A stretch of DNA of 64,000 nucleotides from Alphaproteobacteria bacterium (GTDB lineage: Bacteria; Pseudomonadota; Alphaproteobacteria; SP197), in assembly GCA_965228895.1 (NCBI GenBank), contig OZ245842.1, positions 448,001 to 512,000 on the forward strand, given 5' to 3'. The notes below the pieces were generated by a model that was not told the origin of the DNA, ran no database searches, and worked only from the letters and a program-made list of their open reading frames with translations. Below, in pieces: positions 28,546 through 39,111 of this stretch (within the stretch, counting starts at the first letter, position 1; each line of letters starts with the position of its first letter). The position numbers and the translations under genes are program-made.

Positions 28546-30287
28546 GGTGCGCTCACGTCGTCTGCCGAAGCGACACGTTGCTCAACGACGAACCGTGTCA
28601 TCATGCCAGCCGCCATGTGATAGAGCAGGTGGCAGTGAAATGGCCATTCGCCGGGTTCGTTGGCGGTCAGAACCGCAGACACTTCGCGTCCCGGCGGCAC
28701 AACAACGACGTGCTTCAGAGGCTTCCGGTCGGTCTCACCGTTTTCAAGCTCCATGAACATGCCATGCAAGTGCATTGGATGGGCCATCATCGTCTCATTG
28801 ACGAACCGGATGCGGACCCGGTCACCGTAGTTCACGCGGATTGGATCGCCCTGATCAAACTTCTCGCCGTTCAGGGTCCAAATGTATCGTTCCATGACGC
28901 CAGTCAACCGGACCTCGATCTCGTGATTTGGCTCGCGCGGATCAGGGTTCGCGGTGTGCGCGCGCAGATCTTCGTAGCTGAGGGCTTTGGCCCCTGTCGT
29001 GGTGTCTGCGTCATGCCAGCCGACTAGCTTCGCGTCGTTATCGGCCGACATGCCGGGCATGGACATATCACCATGATCCATGCCGTCCATGTTGCTATGG
29101 TCCATCTGTGCCATATCGCTATGGTCCATGCTGGCCATACCGTCACCTTGCATGCCCGCCATATCGCCGTGATCCATGTCCCCATGAGCCATGCCCATAT
29201 CTGCCATCGACAGAATGGTTCTTGACCGCTGGTCGGGGATGGCGGCTTCGTCACCATGGCTTGTGGCGAGCGTAGCCCTCGCGTATCCCGAACGATCCAA
29301 GGGTTCAGCCATGAAAGTGAAGGGCCTGTCTTCGGTCGGACGCACGATGACGTCATAGGTTTCACCGACACCAAATCTAAACTCGTCCACCTTGACAGGC
29401 GCCACGAACTGGCCATCGGCGGCGACCACCGTCATGGATAGATCGGGAATGTGCACATCAAAGAAGCTCATAGCTGACGCATTGATGATACGAATGCGCA
29501 CGCGCTCACCCGGTTCGAACAGCCATGTGAAGTTGTCTGCCGGGCCCCGCCCGTTGACCAGGAACGTGTAGCCCGTTACGTCGGCAAGATCGGTCGGGTC
29601 CATTCGCATTTCACCCCAGTCGAGCCGATCCTGCAGGGCGGCGTCGAAACCCATGTTGTCGACATCGTCAAAGAAGTCGAACAACGTCCGCTTGCCCTTG
29701 TTGTAGTATTCAGGGTCGGCTTTGAGGTTGCGGAGGACCCGAAGCGGGTCCTCCCGGGTGTGATCGGACAAGACAGCGACATAGTCGCGGTCGTATCGGA
29801 TCGGTTCGCGCTCCACTGGATCGATGATGATCGCGCCATACATGCCTGCCTGCTCCTGCAGCGCAGAGTGACTGTGATACCAGTAGGTCCCGGACTGGCG
29901 CAGTTTGAAGCGGTAGGTGTAAGTCTCACCTGGTTCGATTGCTTCGTAGCCATTGAAGCCGGGTGCACCATCCATCACACCTTCGATCAGCAGGCCGTGC
30001 CAGTGAATGGAGGTCGGTTCGTCGAGACGGTTGGTCGCGTAAATGACGACCTCCTCGCCCTCCTGCCAGCGCAGCGTCGGTGCTGGAACCGAACCGCCGA
30101 TCGAGATCGCGTCGAAGGTATCGCCGTCGATACTTATCTGCGTACGCTCGATGGCAAGCTCAAACTCCTGGTCGGCGGAGGCGAAGCTGCGGCGGCCGCG
30201 ATAGACGGTAACGACGCCAGCAACCCCTGCTGCCACTGCCAGGCCAAGCGCGCCGCGCCTGGACACATTTAGATCTGAGTTACTCAT
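28542..30287 (-). CDS. copA: CopA/PcoA-type multicopper oxidase
   Basis: Tat SRRG, HWHG, WYHSH, HPMHLHG, HCHLLYHMAAGM, Met/His-rich linker. Confidence 0.96.
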   Translation of the reverse strand: MSNSDLNVSRRGALGLAVAAGVAGVVTVYRGRRSFASADQEFELAIERTQISIDGDTFDAISIGGSVPAPTLRWQEGEEVVIYATNRLDEPTSIHWHGLLIEGVMDGAPGFNGYEAIEPGETYTYRFKLRQSGTYWYHSHSALQEQAGMYGAIIIDPVEREPIRYDRDYVAVLSDHTREDPLRVLRNLKADPEYYNKGKRTLFDFFDDVDNMGFDAALQDRLDWGEMRMDPTDLADVTGYTFLVNGRGPADNFTWLFEPGERVRIRIINASAMSFFDVHIPDLSMTVVAADGQFVAPVKVDEFRFGVGETYDVIVRPTEDRPFTFMAEPLDRSGYARATLATSHGDEAAIPDQRSRTILSMADMGMAHGDMDHGDMAGMQGDGMASMDHSDMAQMDHSNMDGMDHGDMSMPGMSADNDAKLVGWHDADTTTGAKALSYEDLRAHTANPDPREPNHEIEVRLTGVMERYIWTLNGEKFDQGDPIRVNYGDRVRIRFVNETMMAHPMHLHGMFMELENGETDRKPLKHVVVVPPGREVSAVLTANEPGEWPFHCHLLYHMAAGMMTRFVVEQRVASADDVSAP

Positions 30288-30337
30288 GAGTTAGTCTCCG
30301 TTCATCACATTGCTCAGCCGTCACCAGCTGAAAGGCT

Positions 30338-30931
30338 CTAGCCGCCAAAATCGATATCACCCATCATCCCCGACTCGTAGTGGCCAGGAACGTTGCAGGC
30401 GAACTCCAGACCTGTCGCCTCGGTAAATTTCCAAACCAGTTCCTGCGTCGCGCCGGGCGCGACCAGAGCGCTGTTCGGATCGTCGTGGACGTGGCCAGAC
30501 ATACCCGTACCGGAGTGGTCCATCTCCATCATATCGTGGTCGATGCCGGTCGCCGTCAGCATGCCATGTTCCAGCATCGTCATCATCTCTTCCTGATGTT
30601 CCGCGTGCATGGCTGCCGTACCGATGTTGAATTCGTGAAGGAACTCGCCCTTGTTTTTGACGATGAACCGGACTGTCTCGCCTGCCTGAATTTCTAGGGA
30701 TTCAGGCTCAAAGTAGTTGTCGTACATTGCGATTTCGATCGTGCGGGTAACATCGTCCGGGTTTCCCGGCTCGCCGAATGCCAACGTATCGGCGTGACCA
30801 TGCGCATGGTCTTCGGTATGGCTCTCAGTTTCAGAGCCTTTGTGTAGGCTATCGGCAAATGCCGCGGGTGCAGCGGCGAGCGAAACGATGGCGGCGAGTG
30901 CAAGGACAGATTTGGATAACGTAACAGACAT
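30338..30931 (-). CDS. Periplasmic cupredoxin (CopI-like)
   Basis: His-rich N-terminus, HEF, Met/His-rich insert, FACNVPGHYESGM. Confidence 0.88.
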   Translation of the reverse strand: MSVTLSKSVLALAAIVSLAAAPAAFADSLHKGSETESHTEDHAHGHADTLAFGEPGNPDDVTRTIEIAMYDNYFEPESLEIQAGETVRFIVKNKGEFLHEFNIGTAAMHAEHQEEMMTMLEHGMLTATGIDHDMMEMDHSGTGMSGHVHDDPNSALVAPGATQELVWKFTEATGLEFACNVPGHYESGMMGDIDFGG

Positions 30932-31274
30932 TGTTGCTCTACTCCGTTGATCGATTTGAGGCGTATTGCCCCATTAAGTTTGGCGTCACACGGGCTTGCT
31001 GTTGTGATCACGCCGGTGAAAGTGCTGTGGTGAAGCTATAGGTCTGCTTCTAGCGAGTGGGCATTTCGCATGCGCTTAGCTCGGTCGGTCTTACGCTCGC
31101 CCGCGGCACAATGTGTGTTTGATCACGATTGCAGCGAGGTAACGAGAGAACCGTTGCGGATCGCGGAGCCGGCTAATTTCGCGTGGCTTTGTTCCGCTGA
31201 TGCCGGAGTGTGTCACTCAGCAGTCGACGTCCTAACAGGGCGCAAACCGATGTACCGAGAAACACGCTACCGCT

Positions 31275-31637
31275 TCAGGATGGGACTCGAGGTGGGGGAG
31301 GGTCCGAGCCCAGGTCATGTTGCGGATGCGATGTCGCATAGGAAGCTGCGACGGCTACCGCAACGTAACCGAGACCGGAGACCAAGTTATCGCGGACGAG
31401 GGGGTCGAGGTGGTGAAGGCAGTCACCGTGATGGTTGACTTCGGCATCCTCGCCGTGCAGCGAAGACCAGTCATCGGCGACCATGATGCAGATGGATCCT
31501 GCATGAGAGTGCCCAGATGTGCCATCTGAGTCGGCAAGCAGCGGATGCGGATTAATGGCCAGCAAAAGCACAGCAGAAAAAGCCAACAGCAGGCCGACCC
31601 TAACTGCCCATTTCCGTATTCCGTCGGTCAAACTCAT
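31275..31637 (-). CDS. Exported His/Cys protein with Pro-rich C-terminus (CutF/DUF2946/CopL-like)
   Basis: Signal peptide, HHGDCLHH, C-terminal DPPPPR; behind a CueR-type promoter. Confidence 0.65.
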   Translation of the reverse strand: MSLTDGIRKWAVRVGLLLAFSAVLLLAINPHPLLADSDGTSGHSHAGSICIMVADDWSSLHGEDAEVNHHGDCLHHLDPLVRDNLVSGLGYVAVAVAASYATSHPQHDLGSDPPPPRVPS

Positions 31638-31679
31638 TGGCGATCGACACCACAACATGAATGAATCTCACTGAGCGAA

Positions 31680-31710
31680 CAAATGGGGGTTTCCCCCGCT
31701 GGAAGGTCAA
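31680..31710 (-). promoter_or_regulatory. CueR-type promoter (leader-cupredoxin-MCO-copB direction)
   Basis: TTGACC-TTCCAGCGGGGGAAACCCC(19)-CATTTG. Confidence 0.75.
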
Positions 31711-31936
31711 GTCGAAAGTTCTGCTGTCACGCCGACGTGACCGTTGGAACCGCTCTTCTACCTTTTGGTAGCACATTGCCGGAATCTCCCCAACGGGACA
31801 ATTTGGTTACGCTTTGCCGACTCGAAAGTCGTCGGCTATGTGAGCCGCTGGCTCGCGTTCGGAGAGCAGCTGCTTAACGAAGAGGAACGCGCTGCCAACG
31901 TCGAGCAGCCTCACAGATTTTTGATGCCCTTCAACG

Positions 31937-31967
31937 TTGACCTTGCGGCTGGTGGAAGGAGCACGAT
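31937..31967 (+). promoter_or_regulatory. CueR-type promoter (32141 ORF / ECF1 direction)
   Basis: TTGACC-TTGCGGCTGGTGGAAGGAG(19)-CACGAT. Confidence 0.72.
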
Positions 31968-32140
31968 CTTGGAGGCTTGAGGGTGGTTGAGACTGGCCAG
32001 TTAGCCGGCGGTTCTCTTCGACAACCGGATATTAATCTCGGGCTCTGACCATTGGTGAGGTTACTTTGTCAGCGGACGTGAACGATGCTCGTGAGGACGA
32101 ATTTGGCCCGCTGAACCGGCCTAACCGCACAATCGGTCTG

Positions 32141-32617
32141 ATGAAGCGAGCCGGTAGCCGGGACCTGTTGTTGCGGGTTGCCGGTGGTCTGCTTGTTGGC
32201 ATGGCGAGTTTTGTGGTGCTCGGGTCGGTCGCCGCGATCTGGGAGAACCCGTTTTTCGTTCGCATGACGCCGGTCCAGGGGTTTGAGATCGCTCTTCTGG
32301 GCGCCATGTCTGCTCTGTTCGGAGTCTATGTGATCGTTCGCAGACCGACTTGCGGCTACAAGTTCAGCGGACTGGCGGGGGTTGTTGGTTTCATTGGGAT
32401 CGCCTGCCCAATCTGCAACAAGATCCTGCTTGTCGTGTTTGGAGCCGAGGCATTGATGCTCTACCTCGAACCAAGTCGCTTGTGGTTCTCACTTGCAGGC
32501 GTGGCGATGGCGGGCGGCGCGGTGGCACGCGAGCTGTGGAAACGTCGCGAACGTCCACACGGTACGATGACCAACAAGCTGGATACCGACCGAGACGAGC
32601 CAATAGGGGAGACCTGA
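32141..32617 (+). CDS. Membrane protein with CPxC motif (hypothetical)
   Basis: Four TM segments; NPFFVRMTP, PTC, IACPICNK; start uncertain (32066 or 32141). Confidence 0.75.
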   Translation: MKRAGSRDLLLRVAGGLLVGMASFVVLGSVAAIWENPFFVRMTPVQGFEIALLGAMSALFGVYVIVRRPTCGYKFSGLAGVVGFIGIACPICNKILLVVFGAEALMLYLEPSRLWFSLAGVAMAGGAVARELWKRRERPHGTMTNKLDTDRDEPIGET

Positions 32618-32716
32618 ACGGCCCCTGCGGCTGATCGGCTTGTCACAACTCTGAACACATCCGTCTTCGGTAGGGCGACAAAAATGACGAATTGCCTGTG
32701 ATTTACAACGCGCGCT

Positions 32717-33385
32717 TTGATCGCCTATGGCCGTCAGGTGCCAAATGAGACTGCGGAAGAAGTACGAACGGTGGTAGACGGCATGCACGCCAGTTTGAGC
32801 GACGACACAATTCACTCGCTCTTGATGGAGGTTCATCATGACATGATGAGCTATCTGACCCGTCGGCTCGGAAACTCTGACGAGGCGGCCGACGTTCTGC
32901 ACGACTTCTATATCAAGGCCCTCTCGCGGATCGGCGCCGTTCGGGATACGGAGAAGATCCGATCCTGGATGCATAAGGTTCTTGCGACGACGCTCGTTGA
33001 CTATTATCGGGCCCAGGGAAAGAGGCGCCAATCAGAAGCCAACTACAAGCGTTTCGAAGACGATGTGCTTTCGCACGAGGGGGCTGACGACGAGGACTTG
33101 GCCGTATGTCTTTGTCTCTACAAATTGCTTCCGACCTTAAAGCCTGATCACGCCCAAATATTATGGCGGGCTGATCTGCTCGGCGAGACGCGCGGCGACA
33201 TTGCCGCAGCGCTAGGTATCAGCGAGCCCAACCTTCGTGTCCGTCTTCATCGGGCCCGCCAAGCGCTTCGCAGCCGGTTGGAACAGACGTGCCGTACGTG
33301 CCCAATTCACGGCTATCTGGACTGCGACTGCAGCTATAGCCGCGAAATCCGCAATGCCGTTGGATCAGAAGCGGCTGGGCTGTAA
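32717..33385 (+). CDS. ECF sigma factor with CxC and C-terminal Cys-rich domain (CorE-like) 1
   Basis: EAADVLHD (sigma2), RVRLHRAR (sigma4), CLC, CRTCPIHGYLDCDC; start uncertain. Confidence 0.88.
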   Translation: MIAYGRQVPNETAEEVRTVVDGMHASLSDDTIHSLLMEVHHDMMSYLTRRLGNSDEAADVLHDFYIKALSRIGAVRDTEKIRSWMHKVLATTLVDYYRAQGKRRQSEANYKRFEDDVLSHEGADDEDLAVCLCLYKLLPTLKPDHAQILWRADLLGETRGDIAAALGISEPNLRVRLHRARQALRSRLEQTCRTCPIHGYLDCDCSYSREIRNAVGSEAAGL

Positions 33386-33408
33386 CAAACAAACGCTTTG
33401 ACCGTCTA
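33381..33408 (+). promoter_or_regulatory. Putative ECF promoter
   Basis: TGTAAC-N16-CGTCTA overlapping the sigma stop codon. Confidence 0.65.
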
Positions 33409-33559
33409 AGAGACAGTTCTGTCCGGCGTGCCATATGCTGTGCGAGTTTATGTGCGCGCCGTTCTTTGATCCCATGTGATCTTGATGACGAGCGGACGGT
33501 CAGCCTATGTCGCAACTAGACGAACCCAACGATGGCATGAATCTGGTCCAGACAAGACC

Positions 33560-33913
33560 GTGAATGCTCTGATCTATTTTCTCGTTTGGGCTCTGGCTAT
33601 CTATCTTGTCATGCGGGTTGTCTGTGGTTCACACGTCTCAGGTCGCGGCGATCGGAAAACTCAAACAAGTGACGGCAAAGCTATGGACGGATCGTCACAG
33701 GCTTCGTTGAAATGGGTTCCGCCGGCGAAGGACGTCGATCCTGTGTGTCGGAAGACTGTCAGCACGGACGAGGCGAGACCGAGCGTTCACGGTGGCGTCG
33801 TCTACTACTTCTGCTCATCCGAGTGCAGAGAGATCTTCGAAGCGGCCCCAGAGCAGTACGTCGGTCCGCGTGATGCAGTTCGTGACAATCTGTTGGAGAA
33901 TGCTGATGTCTGA
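33560..33913 (+). CDS. YHS-domain membrane-anchored protein
   Basis: N-terminal TM with CGSH; DPVC...YYFCSSECREIFEAAPEQY. Confidence 0.85.
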   Translation: MNALIYFLVWALAIYLVMRVVCGSHVSGRGDRKTQTSDGKAMDGSSQASLKWVPPAKDVDPVCRKTVSTDEARPSVHGGVVYYFCSSECREIFEAAPEQYVGPRDAVRDNLLENADV

Positions 33914-34244
33914 CGTGAATGCCCATCCGGCTACAGGTACGCCTTCGGAAGCGCCGGTGCCTCAGCAGCTTGCCGCGACCATCCCGATAGTCGCGCTCGG
34001 CATGAGTCTCGGCCTGTTTCTCGCGGTCACCTTTTCGCTTTGCGTTGCGTTCGATCTCTTGTTCCCGGGCCAGGCCATGTATCAAACGTGGCTGCGATTG
34101 CTTCCGGGCTTTACCTGGCTAACCTGGCCGAGTTTTCTGCTCGGTTTGGCCGAAAGTTTCGCATATGGCTGGTACGTCGCGCTGGTGTTCGGCCCGCTCT
34201 ACAATTTCTTCGTGGCCCGACAGGTTCGTAAAGGGCGTCTCTGA
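33906..34244 (+). CDS. DUF5676-like membrane protein
   Basis: LC, LLPGFTWL, FLLGLAESFAYGWY, LYNFF; overlaps YHS stop. Confidence 0.75.
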   Translation: MSDVNAHPATGTPSEAPVPQQLAATIPIVALGMSLGLFLAVTFSLCVAFDLLFPGQAMYQTWLRLLPGFTWLTWPSFLLGLAESFAYGWYVALVFGPLYNFFVARQVRKGRL

Positions 34245-34541
34245 GCCTGACGTCCAAGCCCGGGTTACGGTAATGCCCATTTTCAGGTTCAGTTTGCGAC
34301 GTATCTCAGTCATGGGTCCGCCGGCGGCGCACTGTCGGCGCCTCTGACGTCCGATCCTATTCGGCCAACGTTGCCGCCTTAGAGCCGTATTGGCGGAGGT
34401 ACAGTCCGCCAGTCGCCGGTTGATCCTGATCAATGCGAACATTCGCCATGACGGCGACGCTGCCTGGTGCAGTCTTCTCTGCTGCGTTCGTGTGAGCGGT
34501 GGAGTAGGATGCCGTGAGAGCAATCGAGGCCCGGCGCCGCC

Positions 34542-34952
34542 ATGAGACTTAGCCAAACCTTCGTCGTTATGCTGCAGATCCTGTTCGTCGCGGCATTTGC
34601 CTTGGTTCCTGGGACGCTGGAATCTGTCGACGGGTCCAAGTCTCAGTCATCTGTTACCTCGATCCAAGCTGCCTTGCCCTCCCTTTCTAGCGCCCAAGAG
34701 GCTAACACTCTGGCGAACCCGACCTTGGAGACCAAGGTCGAATTGCGTGGACAGTATGGTGGTGAGCATAGTTCTGAGATGGCCAGTCACTCGTGCGCCA
34801 TGCCGGGACTGCACAACTGCATGCCGATGCTGTCAGACATGATATTCGTGGCCTCAGGCGAGACAGGTTGTTCGTTTGAGGTGGGGCCCAGTGTGCTGTA
34901 CTCCGAGATTTTCCCTCCGCAGAATGGCCATCCGCCTAAGCTGATCTCCTAG
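34542..34952 (+). CDS. Exported protein with Cys/His motif and Pro-rich C-terminus (CutF/DUF2946-like)
   Basis: Signal peptide, HSCAMPGLHNC, ends PPQNGHPPKLIS. Confidence 0.6.
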   Translation: MRLSQTFVVMLQILFVAAFALVPGTLESVDGSKSQSSVTSIQAALPSLSSAQEANTLANPTLETKVELRGQYGGEHSSEMASHSCAMPGLHNCMPMLSDMIFVASGETGCSFEVGPSVLYSEIFPPQNGHPPKLIS

Positions 34953-35177
34953 ATCGGCTCATCTCGGCTGACCTCGAGTATTCGGCGACTCAACGCCGGG
35001 TTCTCGACCAAAGATCACCAAATCGCGCACCCGCTGCTCAGTAGGGTTAACGCATCAGCCTTGGATGGCTCGGTCGAGCTGTTGAAGCCCGAGGTCGACA
35101 CAGTCGGCGGGCATTCGTTTCATCGAAATTGGAGTGGGCGTGGTTTGTCTACACCACGCTCGAACAGGGAGAGCGAG

Positions 35178-35816
35178 ATGGGTGCTGAACAGCCCGAAGG
35201 TCAACATGCCATCCCCACGGGATATGTGCATCTGGAGAATGATCCCGCGATTTGCGCCAAGGATTTGCTGCGAAGAGAGCTGATGGAGGCTCTCATTGAA
35301 AACCGAAGTAACTTCCTAGGCTACCTTCAGAAGCGAATGAATGACCGCGACGAAGCCGAAGATGTCCTTCAAGACTTCTATTTGCGCGCGATCTCGAAGG
35401 TCGAGCAGATAAGGAGCGCACGGTCAATTCTCCCCTGGTCGTACAGCGTGTTGAAGTCTGTTCTCAGTGATCATTTCCGTCGGAAGATGGCTGCCAAGAG
35501 AGTGCAGCAGGAACTCTCTGACGAGCAATCGGCCGAGAATCACGTGCAGATTCAATCCGCAAATAGGGCGGATTGCCGATGCTTTTACAGCCTACTGCCT
35601 GGATTGAAGGCCGAGTACGCAACGGTTCTGGCCCGGGTGGATCTAGCGGGCGAATCTCACGAGGAGGCCGCACGCTCGCTTGGCATCACTGCCGCCAACC
35701 TGCGGGTGCGTTTGCATAGAGCGCGACAAGCTTTGAAGAAATCCCTTCGAACTTCTTGCGAAGAGTGTCGTTTGAACGAGTGTTTTGATCACGAAACATC
35801 CGGACATAGGCACTAG
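35178..35816 (+). CDS. ECF sigma factor with CxC and Cys-rich tail (CorE-like) 2
   Basis: EAEDVLQD, CRC, RVRLHRAR, CEECRLNECFDH. Confidence 0.88.
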   Translation: MGAEQPEGQHAIPTGYVHLENDPAICAKDLLRRELMEALIENRSNFLGYLQKRMNDRDEAEDVLQDFYLRAISKVEQIRSARSILPWSYSVLKSVLSDHFRRKMAAKRVQQELSDEQSAENHVQIQSANRADCRCFYSLLPGLKAEYATVLARVDLAGESHEEAARSLGITAANLRVRLHRARQALKKSLRTSCEECRLNECFDHETSGHRH

Positions 35817-35841
35817 GACGCAGCGGTAACCGACAGAAAAC

Positions 35842-35869
35842 TGTAACGGACCCGCTGGTGGTGCGTCTT
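35842..35869 (+). promoter_or_regulatory. Putative ECF promoter (P1B ATPase 2 operon)
   Basis: TGTAAC-N16-CGTCTT, 61 bp upstream of ATG. Confidence 0.7.
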
Positions 35870-35930
35870 AGTAACTGCTGGCGTTTACCTAGATGGCGAC
35901 CGGCGAGGGATCTGCCACTTTGGACTGATA

Positions 35931-38477
35931 ATGAACGCAGAGTACGCCACTGTGACTCCGATCCGGGCAGCGAGGCCAAAATCGCCAAATTTGCTCGAGC
36001 ACCTAGACATAACCATTAGCGGAATGACTTGCCGTCACTGCCCGTCACATGTCGAAGCAAAGCTAAAAGAGATGGATGGTGTCGACGGTGTGCAGGTGAA
36101 CCAGTCAAGCCATACCGCCAGCATCGACTATCGTCCAGACCGTGTCTCGGTCGGCGAGCTTATTCGGGCCATCAGATCTGCGGGTTTTGTCCCAGGCACG
36201 GCGAACGCTCACTTTCTTATCAAGAACATGCACTGCTCGTCCTGCGTGATACGCATCGAACTTGCACTTCAGGCCACACCCGGCGTTGTGTCGGCAAGGG
36301 CAAACATCGGTCCTAATGCCGTTGACATTGTGTATCAACCCGAGATCGTCGACTTTGCTGAGCTTCGCCGCGCGATAGAGTCCGCCGGGCATCAAATTGA
36401 TGAACCGACACCGGACGACATCTATACGGCGGTCGAGACGGATGTCGACCCCGCAGAGCTGGCGCGAGCTCGAGAGTACGGCGCTCTCATGCGCAAGTTC
36501 TGGTTTGCTGCCGTCGTGTCACTCCCTGTTATGGCGTTGAGTTATCCTGACTTGATCCCGGGTCTGCGCGATTGGATGCCGGCAGGCAGCGGAACACGCC
36601 AAGTTGTCTGGGGACTCCTCGGCATCTTGACTTTTCCCGTTCTGGTTTGGTCGGGATCGCAGTTTTATACCGGTATGTGGCAAGCGTTGAAACATCGCGC
36701 CGCCAACATGCATACGTTAATCGCAATCGGGATCACTGCTGCGTATCTCTACTCGGCAGTAGCCGTTGTCGTCCCGGGTTGGTTTCCGGATCAGGCTCTG
36801 GTCGAAGTGTTCTGGGATGTGTCGGCCGTCGTCGTCGCCCTTGTCGTCTTGGGGCTCGCTCTTGAACTGAAAGCGAAGGGACGGACTTCTGAGGCGATCA
36901 AGAAACTGATGGGCCTTCGGGCCAAAACGGCTCGCGTTGTCCGCACCGGCCATGAGATTGATCTTCCGGTCGAAGAAGTGGTCGTTGACGATGTCGTTGT
37001 TGTACGGCCAGGTGAGAAGGTGCCGGTTGACGGCGAGTTGATCGACGGATCGAGTGCGGTCGACGAATCGATGATTACCGGTGAGTCCATGCCGGTCGAA
37101 AAGAGCGTCGGCGATGAGGTCATTGGGAGCACGCTCAACAAGACCGGCAGTTTTCGCTTTCGTGCTACCAAGGTCGGCAAGGACACGGCGCTGGCTAACA
37201 TCATCCGGATGGTCAAGGATGCGCAGGGGTCCAAAGCGCCGATCCAGCGCGTTGTCGACAAGGTATCGGGCTACTTTGTCCCGACTGTCATGATCCTCGG
37301 TGTCCTCGCTTTCATAGCCTGGTACATCGTTGGGCCCGAGCCGCGAATTGTCTACGCGACCATCGTGCTGGTCACGACGTTGATCATAGCGTGTCCCTGT
37401 GCGCTGGGGTTGGCAACCCCTACGTCGCTGACGGTTGGCATCGGTAAAGGTGCCGAGAACGGCATTCTTATTCGCTCCGGCGATGCGTTACAGACCTCGG
37501 AGAGACTTGGTTCTCTTGTTCTCGATAAAACAGGAACCATCACACGCGGAGAGCCGGCACTGACCGACGTGATCGCTGCTGAAGGCGCGAACGAGGAAGA
37601 AGTCTTGCGCCTTGCCGCATCGCTGGAGCGCGGATCAGAACATCCGCTCGGCGAGGCGATTGTCAAAGGCGCAGAAGCTCAGGTTCTCATCCTCTCAAAG
37701 GCAGAGGGTTTTGATGCAATTCCTGGGCATGGCGTGAGCGGTCGCATCGACGAACGACAAGTTCTGCTCGGCAACGCCAAGCTGATGCGCGACCGCGGGA
37801 TCGACATTGAGGCCTTGACGGACAGCTGGGAAAGATTGGCCACAGAAGGTAAAACGCCAATGTATGTGGCAGTCGATGGCCAGGCGAGCGGTCTCGTTGC
37901 CGTCGCCGATACGGTCAAATCGGATTCGAAACAGTCCATTGATATCCTCAAGGCAATGGGCATCGAAGTCGTGATGCTCACAGGAGATAATCAGCGTACC
38001 GCCGATGCTATTGCTCGTGAGGTCGGCGTCGACCGTGTCTTTGCAGAAGTTCTGCCGGATGACAAAGCGCATGAAGTTCACAAACTTCAGCTCGAAGGCA
38101 AGCGCGTCGGCATGGTTGGCGACGGTATAAATGATGCGCCGGCATTGGCGCAGGCGGACGTCGGTTTTGCGATCGGCACCGGCACCGACGTTGCCATCGA
38201 GGCAAGCGATGTAACCCTCATAAAGGGCAGCCTTATAGGTGTTGTGACTGCGATCGAAATCAGCCGCGCAACGATGAAGAACGTTCGCCAGAACCTGATA
38301 GGAGCCTTCGGATACAACACGCTCGGAATCCCCGTGGCGATGGGTGTGTTTTATCCCTTCTTTGGTCTGCTTCTCTCGCCGCTGATTGCTGCAGCCGCCA
38401 TGGCCTTGAGCTCCGTAACCGTCGTGACAAATGCCAATCGCCTTCGTCTCTTCCAGCCCAGGAGAGTCGTACAATGA
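35931..38477 (+). CDS. copA: Cu(I)/Ag(I)-translocating P1B-1 ATPase 2
   Basis: GMTCRHC and NMHCSSC domains, TGE, CPC, DKTGT, SEHP, GDGIND, YN, MALSS. Confidence 0.95.
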   Translation: MNAEYATVTPIRAARPKSPNLLEHLDITISGMTCRHCPSHVEAKLKEMDGVDGVQVNQSSHTASIDYRPDRVSVGELIRAIRSAGFVPGTANAHFLIKNMHCSSCVIRIELALQATPGVVSARANIGPNAVDIVYQPEIVDFAELRRAIESAGHQIDEPTPDDIYTAVETDVDPAELARAREYGALMRKFWFAAVVSLPVMALSYPDLIPGLRDWMPAGSGTRQVVWGLLGILTFPVLVWSGSQFYTGMWQALKHRAANMHTLIAIGITAAYLYSAVAVVVPGWFPDQALVEVFWDVSAVVVALVVLGLALELKAKGRTSEAIKKLMGLRAKTARVVRTGHEIDLPVEEVVVDDVVVVRPGEKVPVDGELIDGSSAVDESMITGESMPVEKSVGDEVIGSTLNKTGSFRFRATKVGKDTALANIIRMVKDAQGSKAPIQRVVDKVSGYFVPTVMILGVLAFIAWYIVGPEPRIVYATIVLVTTLIIACPCALGLATPTSLTVGIGKGAENGILIRSGDALQTSERLGSLVLDKTGTITRGEPALTDVIAAEGANEEEVLRLAASLERGSEHPLGEAIVKGAEAQVLILSKAEGFDAIPGHGVSGRIDERQVLLGNAKLMRDRGIDIEALTDSWERLATEGKTPMYVAVDGQASGLVAVADTVKSDSKQSIDILKAMGIEVVMLTGDNQRTADAIAREVGVDRVFAEVLPDDKAHEVHKLQLEGKRVGMVGDGINDAPALAQADVGFAIGTGTDVAIEASDVTLIKGSLIGVVTAIEISRATMKNVRQNLIGAFGYNTLGIPVAMGVFYPFFGLLLSPLIAAAAMALSSVTVVTNANRLRLFQPRRVVQ

Positions 38478-38851
38478 CCCCGGATCGCTGGATCGTTCTT
38501 GCCGGCGGACTTGCACTTGTTGTCTTCATCGTGTGGTTCTTCTGGCTGAAAAGCGCCAAGGGTGTGCGAGCTGCTGAGACTAGCGGCGGTCGGCAGGAAG
38601 TGATGGTTCTGGTTAAGGGAGGCTACACACCAGACACGATCGTCGTGCGCCATGGCAAGCCCGTGCGCCTGAACTTTCGTCGGGAGGAGACCGCATCGTG
38701 CTCAGAGCGGGTCATTCTCACCGACTTCAACAAAAGTGCTGAACTACCGACGGGAGAGACGGTGCCTCTCGAATTCCTCCCAGAAGACCCAGGAGAGTAC
38801 GAGTTTACATGTGCCATGGGCATGTTTCGCGGAAAGCTAATTGTCGAGTAG
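38474..38851 (+). CDS. Membrane-anchored cupredoxin (CupA-like)
   Basis: N-terminal [20 protein letters not shown]; ATGA overlap with ATPase. Confidence 0.88.
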   Translation: MTPDRWIVLAGGLALVVFIVWFFWLKSAKGVRAAETSGGRQEVMVLVKGGYTPDTIVVRHGKPVRLNFRREETASCSERVILTDFNKSAELPTGETVPLEFLPEDPGEYEFTCAMGMFRGKLIVE

Positions 38852-38860
38852 GAATCAGGA

Positions 38861-39109
38861 ATGCCAGATTTGCGGAACTCAGAGATAGTCGGCTCTTCCC
38901 GATTCAGGTTCGGCTTGGGGCTGCTCGTTTTTTTCGTCGTTGCCATGTATCTGCTTTGGGATGAGCACGAGGCGCACATCCTGGGTTACCTGCCTCTAAT
39001 TCTGATCTTGGGCCTGTGTGTTGGCATGCACTTCTTCATGCACGGCGGTCATGGCAAGCATCGTCATGACCATGACGAAGATCAAACGCCGCCCGGTCGT
39101 GGAGGCTAG
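38861..39109 (+). CDS. DUF2933-like membrane protein
   Basis: EHEAH, LCVGMHFFMHGGHG, His-rich tail. Confidence 0.8.
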   Translation: MPDLRNSEIVGSSRFRFGLGLLVFFVVAMYLLWDEHEAHILGYLPLILILGLCVGMHFFMHGGHGKHRHDHDEDQTPPGRGG

Positions 39110-39111
39110 CA

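Noticed and set aside
27562-28620. 352-aa plus-strand ORF; similarly 44226-45323
   Set aside because: Antisense to copB and to the diheme cytochrome respectively
29050-29210. Short tandem DNA repeats (CCAT-rich); also 48520-48660
   Set aside because: They encode Met/His-rich MDH..M and GMMG protein tracts, already explained by the CDS
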